A stretch of 54,231 nucleotides of DNA, taken from assembly GCF_001194135.2 (NCBI RefSeq), contig NC_068986.1:98997995-99052225 (forward strand), read 5' to 3'. The translations under genes and the position numbers were made by a program. Under the pieces are notes generated by a model. It did not search any database, was not told where the DNA came from, and was given only the letters and a program-made list of their open reading frames with translations. Positions within the stretch are counted from its first letter, which is position 1. Each line of letters begins with the position of its first letter. Source of the stretch: Octopus bimaculoides (Eukaryota). Positions 1 to 11,264 of the stretch are shown here, piece by piece.

Positions 1-290
1 AAGTCTAGCACTTATTCCATAGCTCACTTTTGCCGAACCGCTAAGTTACAGGGACGTAGACACGCCAGCATCGGTTGTCAAGCGATGGTGAGGGGACAAA
101 CATAGACAGACAGACACACACACACACACACACACATACGACGGGTTTCTTTCAGTTTCCGTCTACCAAATCCTCTCACAAGGCTTTAGTCGGCCCGATG
201 CTATAGTAGAAGGCACTTGCCCAAGGTGCCATGCAGTGGGACTGAACCCGGAACCATATGGTTGGTAAGCAAGCCTCTTACCACACAGCC
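1..290 (-). mobile_element. tRNA-derived SINE, family B (3' end runs off the window)
   Basis: Reverse complement of the family at 1494-1894: head TGGCTGTGTGG (A box) and GGTTCAGTCCC (B box), CCTTGGGCAAGTG core, internal (CA)n tract. Confidence 0.85.
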
Positions 291-363
291 AATATATATA
301 TATATATATGCATGTATGTATATGTATGTATGTATATGTATGTATGTATATGTATATGTATGT
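291..363. repeat. (TA)n/(TATG)n microsatellite
   Basis: Read directly; it also explains the spurious YIYI/HTHT ORFs in the track. Confidence 0.95.
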
Positions 364-425
364 AATCGCTGACCACTACACACATTTTTTCTCTCTTTGT
401 TTCTTTCCTTGTTTCTTTCTGTGTT

Positions 426-463
426 TCTTTCTGTTGAAGAGCGTAGGTTCGAAACGTTAAAGA
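426..463 (+). ncRNA. Degenerate minimal type I hammerhead-ribozyme motif in a short interspersed element (about 364-553)
   Basis: TCTTT(426-430) CTGTTGA A GAGC-gtag-GTTC GAAAC GTT AAAGA(459-463). Stem I is 5 bp and stem II 4 bp. The core has CUGUUGA instead of CUGAUGA, and U at the cleavage position. Confidence 0.5.
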
Positions 464-551
464 CTTTTTCTATTCCCGAGCGTTATACTAATACATCCAT
501 TTGTTGTCTACACCACCTGTCTTCGTCTGTTGTTTTTTCGTGAATTTTCCC

Positions 552-554
<3 letters not shown>

Positions 555-600
<46 letters not shown>

Positions 601-642
601 ATACACACGCGCACACGTATTATCTATATACAAGCATATCTT

Positions 643-678
<36 letters not shown>
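555..678. repeat. (TA)n, (CA)n and (TATC)n microsatellites
   Basis: Read directly. Confidence 0.95.
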
Positions 679-943
679 CTTGCATATGCATAGCACGAAT
701 TTGCGGTTTATTGCAGACACATGATTTGATTTCTGGAGGTAATGTTACAACATTTGCTGTTCTCTATATCGAGTATCTTGCTGCACTGAGGACTGTGGTC
801 TCGTTGGGAAGCAGCTCCTATTACGAAACCTAGATTAGTTGCTTAAAGCCGTTAATTTGGATGATTGAATTTGTATTATTCCCTTGCTGTAGTGGCGGCA
901 ATGTAATAATTCTCGTAAGAGAACAGCGCGCGCGCACACACAT

Positions 944-976
<33 letters not shown>

Positions 977-1007
977 TGATAAATCTAATATATTTAAACT
1001 AATAGAT

Positions 1008-1152
1008 AGGCGCCGGCAGGGCTGTACGGTAAGAAGTTTGCTTTCCAACCATATGATTCCGGGTTCAGCCCTACTGCGTAGCACCTGAGTGTGTTCAACC
1101 ATACTACGGGGAAAAGTACCTTCTACTATAGCCCCGGGCCGATTAAAACCTG

Positions 1153-1183
<31 letters not shown>

Positions 1184-1396
1184 GTATGTGTGTGAGTGTA
1201 TGTGTGCGTGTCTCCCCCACCGCTTGACAACCGGTATTGGTTTCTTAATGTCCCAGCACCTTAGCAGTTCGGCTAAGGAAACCGATAGAATAAGTACTAA
1301 GCTTAAAAATTAGTACTGGGGTTATTTGTTCGACCAAATCCACCATGGCAGTACTCCAGCATGGCTGCAATCCAATAACTGAAACAAGCAAAAGAT
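1008..1396 (+). mobile_element. tRNA-derived SINE, family B (diverged)
   Basis: Colinear with 1494-1894, including the internal (TATG)n tract and the GACTGAAACAAG tail. Confidence 0.8.
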
Positions 1397-1493
1397 AAAT
1401 GCAAAAAGTAAATTCTTTTTAAAGTGAATCTTTGTGGTTTATCCTCACTGCATATCGAAATCCTAAAAAAAAAAAAAAAAAAAAAAATTTGAT

Positions 1494-1894
1494 AGGCGTA
1501 GGAGTGGCTGTGTGGTAAGCAGCTTGCTTACCAACCACATGGTCCCGGGTTCAGTCCCACTGCGTGGCATCTTGGGCAAGTGTTTTCTACTATAGCCTCG
1601 GGCCGACCAAAGCCTTGTGAGTGGATTTGGTAGACGGAAACTGAAAGAAGCCCGTCGTATATATGTATATATATATGTATGTATGTGTGTGTGTTTGTGT
1701 GTCTGTGTTTGTCCCCCCAACATTGCTTGACAACCGATGCTGGTGTGTTTATGTCCTCGTAACTTAGCGGTTCGGCAATAGAGACCGATAGAATAAGTAC
1801 TAGGCTTCTAAAGAATAAGTCCTGGAGTCGATTTGCTCGACTAAAGGCGGTGCTCCAGCATGGCCACAGTCAAAAGACTGAAACAAGTAAAAGA
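1494..1894 (+). mobile_element. tRNA-derived SINE, family B (near full length)
   Basis: A box TGGCTGTGTGG, B box GGTTCAGTCCC, TTGGGCAAGTG core, internal microsatellite, tail GACTGAAACAAGTAAAAGA. At least eight copies in the window. Confidence 0.88.
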
Positions 1895-2463
1895 GTACCA
1901 TATAGATGTAATTTTTGATGCTGAATCCGAATTTCTAATTCATTTATTCCGGAAAAAAAATTACGAAAATGTTACAGCTGCTCAAAGTTTGATACTTTTC
2001 AGAATTTTCAGCCAATAAGAAAACAGCGTATCTTAAGAACAGAGATGTTACAGCCGGAAAGCAAAACAAAGGAGCATTTCATAATGATAAACTACGACAC
2101 ACAATCCTTATAACAGCTACTTTAAAGGCGTCTGTTCTTCAGAACTAGCTGGTCTCGTACCCACCACTCCTGACCTCAGGCACTCCGATCCTCTTGTTTT
2201 CTCCCCCACCCACCCATTCCACCACGCACAACATTGTAAGCGCAATTTTTGCTCCTCAGAGCATCAACCCTCTGGAATCATCTCATGTGTTCCCAGCAGG
2301 CATTGATCTGTAAGAGCCTAAACAGAACATTAATGATATGAACCTCGCCGATCTCGACGATCCTGCAAAGGTGATGGGCACGCACTTCCTAGAAACCCAG
2401 CAAGTAACAAAAAAAAAATCAAATATTGACTATAGAAAACTCTATCAATTCGTTTTATATTCT

Positions 2464-2886
2464 TCCGCCAAGGTCGACTTTGCCTGTCATCTTTTCGGAG
2501 TCGATAAAATAAGTACCAGTTGAGCATTGGAGTCGATGTAATCGACTTACCCTCTCCCTTTGCTGGCCTTGTGCCAAAATTTCAAACCAATATTGTAAGA
2601 TAGCGAGCTGGAAGAACCGTTACCAATCAGGACCAAATGCATAGCGGTATTTTGTCAGTCATTAGTTTAAGGCGACGAAATAGTAGAATCGTTAGCACAC
2701 CAGGAAAACCGTTTAGCGACATTTCGGCAGCCTTTACGTTCTGAGTTCAAATTTCACCATGGTCCACTTTGCTTTTCATATTTTCGAGATCGTTAAAATA
2801 AATGCCACTCAAGCAATAGGGTCGTTGTAACCGACTTATCCCTTCCTTCAACAACTGCTGGCCTTGTGTCAAAATTTGAAGCTAAT
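2464..2886 (+). mobile_element. Cluster of three tRNA-derived SINE family C pieces
   Basis: Headless copy 2464-2594, head-only 2603-2660, near-full 2669-2886. All match the GGCGGCGAGCTGGCAGAATCGTTAGC...GAGTTCAAATTCC...GGCCTTGTGCCAAAATTTGAA family seen about 12 times here. Confidence 0.8.
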
Positions 2887-2955
2887 GTTTTATATTGCTT
2901 TTCATTCGTCTGTGATTGAATAATATGGAAGATATTAGAAGCAGGATAACGGATT

Positions 2956-3244
2956 CAGTTCTATATTTAAGAGATGAGGAATTATGTACATTACTTACAT
3001 TATTTACATTTGACGGAAATTTGTCCTCATCTTGCTTGTTGTTAACACATTTCGGCTGATATACCCTCCAGCCTTCATCAGGTGTCTTGAGGAAATTTCG
3101 AACCTGGGTTCTCATTCCTAAGGTACTTTTTGATGTTGTTGTTATTATTATTATTATTATCATTATTGTTCTGGTCACTGCTTGGAATCGAACTCGGAAT
3201 CTTGGGTTAGTAGCACACGTTCTTAACCACTACGCCATATGCCC
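2956..3244 (-). mobile_element. tRNA-headed SINE-like element carrying a hammerhead core
   Basis: On the minus strand: GGGCATATGGCGTAGTGGTTAAG (A box) ... GAGTTCGATTCC (B box), then (AAT)n, then GACAC CTGATGA A GGCTG-loop-CAGCC GAAA. Confidence 0.7.
3044..3086 (-). ncRNA. Type I hammerhead-ribozyme-like motif (helix III/cleavage triplet damaged)
   Basis: GACAC/GTGTT stem I, exact CUGAUGA, perfect 5-bp stem II GGCTG/CAGCC, GAAA. Only one T lies between GAAA and stem I', i.e. CGT is missing relative to the 426-463 motif. Confidence 0.6.
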
Positions 3245-3308
3245 GATTCCAAGCAGTGACTTGAACAATAATAATAACAACATCGAAAAATACATCGACA
3301 CCCGTATT

Positions 3309-3454
3309 TGACTGGTACTTCATTTTATTGATCACGCAAGGATAAAAGGCAAAAATGACTTAAGCGGGATTTGAACTCAGAACGTAATGAGTCGGAAGAA
3401 ATGCTGCTAAGCAATTTAGCCGACACAGTAACGAGTCTGACAGTTCGTCGCCTT
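3309..3454 (-). mobile_element. SINE family C, partial
   Basis: Reverse complement of the family C head and body. Confidence 0.75.
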
Positions 3455-3633
3455 TGCAATAATATAATAGCATGTAAAATATTGGGTAAAAAAAAAAAAA
3501 CCGCTTAGACAGAAAAAGTTCTACATGTTTTTATTTATCTTACATGCTATTACTATTCTACAGACTATTTATAGACTATATATAATGTAAACTATGATTT
3601 TCGGCCTTCGTTTTCTATTGAATAATCTTTTTC

Positions 3634-3865
3634 TATTGGGCTGTCCGGAAAGTTCGTGCCGATTTTTAAAGGAAAGAAAAAGGTTAATAAATAGTTGCTA
3701 TTACATTTTTAATCAACCAAATATGAACCATTTTGTTGCACAGTGCGTCTCCATCTTTCCTTTATCTTGAAAATACCCTTTTCTCAGAATTGAGGTGGTT
3801 TCATGGCAAATAAGTCGAAAGGTAAGCTACCATGAATCGGCACGAACTTTCCGGACAACCCAATA
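3634..3865 (-). mobile_element. Mariner-derived MITE (internally deleted)
   Basis: 31-bp inverted repeats including the TA TSD (TATTGGGYTGTCCGGAAAGTTCGTGCCGATT, 1 mismatch). The minus-strand interior resembles a mariner transposase C-terminus (...RWRRTVQQNGSYLVD*). Confidence 0.88.
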
Positions 3866-3877
3866 TTAATACGGACA

Positions 3878-4064
3878 TGACCTGCAATTTGGGGGATGGG
3901 GATAGTCGATAACATCAACCCCAGTACTCAACTAGTACTTATTTTATCGAAAGGATGAAAAGCAAAGTCAACCTCGGCGGAATTGGAACTCAGAACGTGA
4001 AAACGGGCGAAATACCGCCAAGCATTTCGTCCGGCGTGCTAACGATTCTGCCAGCTCGCCGCCT
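3878..4064 (-). mobile_element. SINE family C
   Basis: Head GGCGGCGAGCTGGCAGAATCGTTAGCACGCCGG and B-box-like GAGTTCCAATTCC on the minus strand. Confidence 0.85.
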
Positions 4065-4869
4065 ATTAAGTAAGAATGACTGTTAGGGGAAATAACTCTT
4101 TCAAACATTACAAAGTTATTTCCCTTACCACATTGCTACAAATAGTTAAAATATGGATGCATTATGGTGAAATAGTTAAGAATGTCGATTTGAGATACTG
4201 GTGGGGCTCGAACATTGCCTCAGGTTAACACGAAGTCTTGTGAGTGGAATTAGGAAAGAGGAACCTGAAAATTAAGCTTAAACCCGATGGATGGATTGTG
4301 CAAGTAAAACAAAAGTGCGGCCTTGTACATTGATTCTCCCTACAGGTTACGTTAATAGTAGACGTGTCTGTGAAATACTCGTCCACTTTGACGTTAGTCA
4401 ATCAGCAGATAATTCGGTTGATCGAAAAATTGAATCCTTGTCGTCGCAATCAATAGAGATCCATTTACTTTATATATATTTAAAATGACTTAGAGATAAC
4501 TTTATACAGGAACTCCTCCATCTGAAGGAATCATTATTCATTGTAACCACACTGATAGCATGACTGCATAATTTATTTTTCTTTGATATATATGTATATA
4601 TACATATATATATATGCTACCTTCTGAGATTTTTCGTGTTTCTTCTATTATTCAATTTCTTTAGTTCATTATGATATGTGGTTTGCGCCTGAACAATATG
4701 TTTGAGTTTTCTCAACATATAAAACTATTAGTAGCGCTTTAATATATGTATTGTGACCTTTAAATAAATAAGATTTATCTCTCACCAGATGGAGCACTTT
4801 TTTTGTTGAATTTACTCTCGGATCAGTACATTGCATGTATCTTTTTTTTTTTTTTTTTAGATTTAGTGC

Positions 4870-6188
4870 TCGGGTTGTGTAGGGCTGACCGTGTGAATTT
4901 TCCGAGCCTTCTCCCCACCCCACCCCCACCCCCCGTTTGCCAGCGCGAATTTTTTCCTTCATATTTGTTCAATATACATTGCATTAGAAGTNNNNNNNNN
5001 NNNNNNNNNNNNNNNNNNNNNNNNNNNNNNNNNNNNNNNNNNNNNNNNNNNNNNNNNNNNNNNNNNNNNNNNNNNNNNNNNNNNNNNNNNNNNNNNNNNN
5101 NNNNNNNNNNNNNNNNNNNNNNNNNNNNNNNNNNNNNNNNNNNNNNNNNNNNNNNNNNNNNNNNNNNNNNNNNNNNNNNNNNNNNNNNNNNNNNNNNNNN
5201 NNNNNNNNNNNNNNNNNNNNNNNNNNNNNNNNNNNNNNNNNNNNNNNNNNNNNNNNNNNNNNNNNNNNNNNNNNNNNNNNNNNNNNNNNNNNNNNNNNNN
5301 NNNNNNNNNNNNNNNNNNNNNNNNNNNNNNNNNNNNNNNNNNNNNNNNNNNNNNNNNNNNNNNNNNNNNNNNNNNNNNNNNNNNNNNNNNNNNNNNNNNN
5401 NNNNNNNNNNNNNNNNNNNNNNNNNNNNNNNNNNNNNNNNNNNNNNNNNNNNNNNNNNNNNNNNNNNNNNNNNNNNNNNNNNNNNNNNNNNNNNNNNNNN
5501 NNNNNNNNNNNNNNNNNNNNNNNNNNNNNNNNNNNNNNNNNNNNNNNNNNNNNNNNNNNNNNNNNNNNNNNNNNNNNNNNNNNNNNNNNNNNNNNNNNNN
5601 NNNNNNNNNNNNNNNNNNNNNNNNNNNNNNNNNNNNNNNNNNNNNNNNNNNNNNNNNNNNNNNNNNNNNNNNNNNNNNNNNNNNNNNNNNNNNNNNNNNN
5701 NNNNNNNNNNNNNNNNNNNNNNNNNNNNNNNNNNNNNNNNNNNNNNNNNNNNNNNNNNNNNNNNNNNNNNNNNNNNNNNNNNNNNNNNNNNNNNNNNNNN
5801 NNNNGTAATCTTCAAGTTTAGGGAGATTAAAAAAAAGTAAATAAAAATATACAAGGGAAATAACTTAACGTCGAGGGAAAAACTTGGATCTTGTGAATTT
5901 TTCGAAGTCCTCTCCCCACACTTTGGAAAAGATTTTTGCCACAAATTTCTTCATAATCGTAATGCTTGCTGTTGAATGGTATTTCTATAAATTTTCATTG
6001 AAAAAAACCCCATTTTCCTAAAAGTTATCAGGGAAAAACTCGGATCTTGTGAATTTTCCGAATCCCTCTCCCCACTTTGCGCGTTTTTTTTTTTTTTTCA
6101 TATTCGTTTCCTACACATTGTTTTACACCGATTCCAGTATTTCTTCTTTTTTTTTTTTCATTTCCGGGTCAAGATGCAAACATTAACC
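4870..6188. mobile_element. Fragment of a long-TIR (foldback/Merlin-like) element spanning an assembly gap
   Basis: Ends in ...CATTAACC (6188), the same terminus as 16210. Contains the roughly 150-bp CTCTCCCCAC...AAAATTTCATT...AAAGTTA subrepeat; the left end is not found. Confidence 0.55.
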
Positions 6189-6799
6189 AATGATTTAACA
6201 GAGAGACATCTTCTATGTGAGCTGTTGCACTGGGTTGAAGCAAACATCACTTAATGAGATGGCCTTGGGTTTCAGATCTCCCTAGATAAAGAAAATATAA
6301 AACAGAATTTATCATTAAAAAATCATTATGCTGACACATTTATGACAATAACATTATGCTGATTCATGAAACAAAACATTTACGACAAAAGAACTAAAGT
6401 GAAAATGGAAACACTGAGACAGCCTGAGTTACGTACCTTGCTAAGTTAAAAAGTAGCATTGCCAAGTTGGACTAGCAGACACTATTAATATATTTTAATC
6501 TAATTAAACAATGTAAACGCTTTTGCGTATACTTATGAATTAGCAATCATGGTTAACATGGATGATTTATCCAGTCAGAAAGAATAATTTCCCCTATTAG
6601 CCATTCATTTACCTATATCTACCACCAAACATTCATATAAAAGGTGGTTCTAGCAACCGATACAAATGGAATGCTTGTATTAAATTTGGAAGTAAAATAT
6701 AATCTTTAATTCTGATCGAAGTTTTTATCTCCAGATGTTGACAGATGAGAATATAAATCTCCCACAATTTAAGTAGCAAAGAAGTTTAGAATGACTAAA

Positions 6800-7155
6800 C
6801 TACGACGTCGAGGGTTCCAGTTGATCCGATCAACGGAACAGCCTGCTCGTGAAATTAACGTGCAAGTGGCTGAGCACTCCACAGACACGTGTACCCTTAA
6901 CGTAGTTCTCGGGGATATTCAGCGTGACACAGTGTGACAAGGCAGACCCTTTGAATTACAGGCACAACAGAAACAGGAAGAAAGAGTGAGAGAAAGTTGT
7001 GGTGAAAGAGTACAGCAGGGTTCGCCACCATCCCCTGCCGGAGCCTCGTGGAGCTTTAGGTGTTTTCACTCAATAAACATTCACAACGCTCGGTCTGGGA
7101 ATCGAAACCACGATCCTATGACCGCGAGTCTGCTGCCCTAACCACTGGGCCTCCA
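6800..7155 (-). mobile_element. tRNA-derived SINE, family A
   Basis: Reverse complement of the GTGGAGGCGCAATGGCCCAGTGGTTAGGGCAGCGGACT family; both ends slightly eroded. Confidence 0.9.
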
Positions 7156-8061
7156 CAACAACATTATAACTAAGGCACAATACTAAACACTGTTGTGCTG
7201 CAATATTTCATTGGAATTGTCAATTTCTGCAACAAGTGTTTTAAAAATAGTTGGACTGTGAAAAAGAATCTCAAAATAAATCATTGAATAGAGAGCATGG
7301 GTGTAACTCATGGTGAGAATTATATGCTGAGTTACTAATCTGATTTTAATTTCCATTGAGGATATTTGTTCAATCCTTTGATTCAAAATTTATAATCTGA
7401 AATCTGGTAACAAATTATAAATACCCATTACTCTGTGTATGTTAAACAGAGATTGTCCTAATTCAGTTGCAGAGGCACCACTAAAGCACTATCTTTGTAA
7501 GAGTAAGTCAGCCGAATGAAGTCTGGCTTTTCTCAATAAATACCCACTGGAGATGTTAAATTCTGCATTGACACCTATCATTTATAATAGATACAACTTC
7601 ACCACTGAAGGCAGTGGGAACTATGTGTAACTAACGAGTATTTCATTAACATGCAATGTTGATTTCAAGCTGATTTCCCACGGTGGGCTGATGAAGACAA
7701 GAAACTTCTTCACTTTATTTTGCCAAATATATACAAGAACTTGTAGGATCACAGACAGTTCAATCTAAAAACAACACCAACGATATAAAGCCACATCTAA
7801 TCATATTAGAATGACAACAGCAAAACAAAAGTTCAGTGATGATCGCACTTGGCAATGTTTACATTTTCATATTCATATCATTGCACAACACTGACCACGC
7901 TGGCGATTTCAGACTAGACACAACTAAATCGCAATGAGGCATTTGAAACACAAGTGTTATTTTGCCAAATAAAATATTGAATCACTTCACGACAGATCTT
8001 CATTGCCCTTAACACGTGGACCAAGACAAGGGAAGATCACACATGCATATATACATAGATA

Positions 8062-8105
<44 letters not shown>

Positions 8106-8257
8106 TAGATCAACATGTATTGCATACATTTACATCTAAAAAATTATGTAGACCAATGTTGTTAGGAAGGATTCTCATCATTTAAAAGTTGCGTGCTGGC
8201 ATGTCTCAATAGCTATTAGAGGTTTCCCAGCGCCCCCAACTTTTCAACCCAAGGTGG

Positions 8258-8293
<36 letters not shown>

Positions 8294-9449
8294 CTTTTTA
8301 ATCTTTTCACTTGTGTTCTCCGTTTTGTCCATTTTTCTAGTTTGATTTTGCAAAATGGTAAACACTCTGAAGCTTTAACTATTTGCCTAAAAAAAAAAAA
8401 AAATTGTTTTAAATACTTCGAAATCAAAATTGTTGCATGTTTGTGTGGGGGAAAATCATTTACTAGTAGGAGACTAATTCAAGATATATAACATTACTGT
8501 CGTTTAGGTTGACTTTTATCCTACAAGACTATAATCAAAGGTGTTCCAGGTGTGACCCTGTAAGGTTTGTTTTCTCCTTTTTTGATATGGTAGGTACAGG
8601 CTAGCCATGTAATTTAGAAGTTTGCCTTGCAATCATGTTGTTCTGGGTTTGTTCTCACTGTACAGCACTTTGAGCAAGTGTCTCTTACAATAATTTCTGG
8701 TTGACCAATGCTGTGAGTAAAATTTCATAGAGAAAAAGTGCACAGAAGCCCATCAATCAGACCATTCTTGCTCTTGTTGGAAGACTTAATCTGTTACCTA
8801 GTTTAGCAGCACCACAAGTTACTTGAGTGGTCTAGCAGTTATGTTCTGTAGTAAACATTCAGGCTTCAGGCCATATCTCTGGTCTGAGGATAACCAGTTC
8901 TGAAAGTCCTGTAAAAGATAATGGGATTGCTCTTCCTCCTCTGATTAAGTCATTAAAAAATATGTAATTCTGACCAGAGCAAGTCTAACTTGTAAGATAT
9001 TTTTGAGATAAGGAGTGGGTGCATGGTGATGTTAACAATAGGTGAATTATGTATGGGTTCTATGGCAAGAAAATATACAAGAAAAGTTACACAAATTAGA
9101 AATGAAATACATATCACTTTTTACATTTGTATATATCTAAATACATTATATAACTATTTCTGAGCTTAAGGCAGTAGGAACCCACAACCAATAATATAAA
9201 ATTAATTTTTAGTAATGGAACCCTAGTGTCACAGTACTCATTGTGCCTATGTTAAAATAGTAAAATGTTGTTGACATACTGCATGTCTTGGGGAACTAAA
9301 CCTGACAGAACTCCTTCTTTATAAATACTTCTGAACCCATATAGTGTACTGAAAAAGTAGGCACCAGTGACCAACAATATAATATTAAATTTTGTAAATG
9401 GACTTCCTGTGCAGAAACCTTTATAGCATTTATTTTAAAAAACCACAAA

Positions 9450-10160
9450 CACTGTCACACTTGTACATTGATATGGGACATCCAGTGGAACGAGCTTCAT
9501 TCCTCCAGCCTCCACATGTCCTCTGCATTCAGGATCATCTCACTACCATGTAACACTACTGTTTGTATGCATGCATTATACAATCTTCCTTTCACTCTAA
9601 GAGAGAGACCTTTGGTTGCCAATAGAGGTAAAAGCTCTCTGGATTTTCTCCATCTTATTATTCTAGTAATCACACTTTCCATACATCCTCTCCATTGCTA
9701 ATTCGAACTGCTAGGTACTGGAAATTATCCACTATCTCTAAAGACCTTCCTGGGCATTTGAGGATATCAGTTTCCCAGGAAGACATGGGATGAAGTACTA
9801 ATGGCTGATCTCAAGACACTGGAGCTTTATAAAGATGACGGAAAACTGAGATATCTGGAGCCTTGCTGTACTCAAGAAGACCCATCCACCACAGCAGAGT
9901 TGATACCTTAAACCATCTCCCAGCTGAAGGGGTCTTTGTTTTACAAGCCACTTGTGAGCACTACATAGAAAAGCACTCATGATGCTGGTGCCATGTAACA
10001 AAACATCTAATACACTCTGTAAAATGGTTAGCATTAGAAAGGATATCCAGCTGTGGAAACTGAGCCAAAACACGACTGGAATCTGGTGCAGCTCACCAGC
10101 TCTAGCTAAACTTTCCAACCCATGCCAGCATGGAAAAATGGACGTTAAATGATGATGATA
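9450..10160. mobile_element. RTE-clade LINE 3' fragment with an inverted 5' segment
   Basis: 9450-9780 on minus encodes the RT C-terminal region (WRKSRELLPLLATKGLSLRVKGRLYNAC). About 9774-10160 on plus encodes PRKTWDEV... and ends in GGACGTTAAATGATGATGAT. Confidence 0.8.
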
Positions 10161-10245
10161 TATATATATATACACACACAAAGAGAGAATATCATACTGG
10201 CAGAATGCTAAGGAGAGTGAAAGCAACTATTTAATTACAAATTAT

Positions 10246-10667
10246 AGGTGCAGGCGTGGCTATGTGGTAAGAAGTTTGCTTTCCAACCACAGGGTTCCAT
10301 GTTCAGTCTCACTTTATGGTACCTTGGACAAGTATCTTGTACTATAACCTCAGGCTAACCAAAGCCTTGTTGCTGGATTTGGTAGACAGAAACTGAAAGA
10401 AACCTGTTGTAAATGTGTGTGTGTTTGTCCCACTACCACTTGACAACTGGGTCCGGTATGTTTACATTCCTGTAACTTATCTTTTCAACAAAAGAGACTG
10501 ATAGAATAAGTACCGGGTTTTAAAATTTCTTTAATGTGGTGCCCCAGCAGCCTTTTGGTTGATAAAATAAGTACCAGCTGAGCACTGGGGTTGATGTATT
10601 CAACTTAATCCTCCCCCCACAAAATTGTTGGTCTTGTGCCAAAAATTGAAGCCAATATTATACCAAG
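10246..10667 (+). mobile_element. SINE family B followed by the 3' half of SINE family C
   Basis: Family B head and body 10246-10547; family C body (ATAAGTACCAGCTGAGCACTGGGG...TTGTGCCAAAAATTGAAG) 10552-10667. Confidence 0.75.
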
Positions 10668-11264
10668 ACGAAATAAAATATTAGTCACTGATTGGCAGTA
10701 TTTTTCTTCTGCCATATGTTTATTCCTACCTAACTTCTTAGATTTCTAGGATTTAAAAATGTTTCCCACCACTATACTAATTATCACAAAATGCAGTGTT
10801 TCATTATTATTTGAAACTTTTAAGAATTCCTTTTTTCTGAAAAAATAAGTTTTAAAGTAATTCTTTGACATTCACTTAATGAGGAAACCAAATAAGATTA
10901 AAACATGGCTGAAGCTGTGTCTTGTACTTGTTGAGAAAAATGACAAAACAAATGTTAGTCATCAATTAATATTATTTTACCTTCACAGCATATTTAAACA
11001 TAAATGTTTTTAATGTTCTGAGCATTGAATATACATTTAAACAATTAGAGAGATGATAAAATGTTATAGACTAGTCAAGGTTTTACAACAAACATCACAG
11101 TAATAAAGGCTCTTCTGTCTCAATATATTTATTTAAAAGTTTGTAAAAGTTGATTTTCAAAAAATATTCCATAATTTTCTAAGTTACATTTTATTTGTGA
11201 ACAAATGTTGCAGGACTACTTAACATTTAAACAAGATCACATTTTGACAAATGTCATATTATGG

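Noticed and set aside
201-1723. Short ORFs rich in YI/HT/CV repeats
   Set aside because: They are translations of microsatellites and SINE B, with no domain content.
3173-3244. tRNA-like sequences here and at the heads of SINE A, B and C as tRNA genes
   Set aside because: No complete cloverleaf or acceptor stem, and each is fused to a repeated body; these are SINE heads.
4803-5944. Long ORFs across N-runs (also 13253-13870, 15550-15889, 27337-27977)
   Set aside because: Artefacts of translating gaps as X.
7688-7710. CTGATGA-AGACAA-GAAAC hammerhead-like words
   Set aside because: Neither stem II nor stem I can form; chance match.
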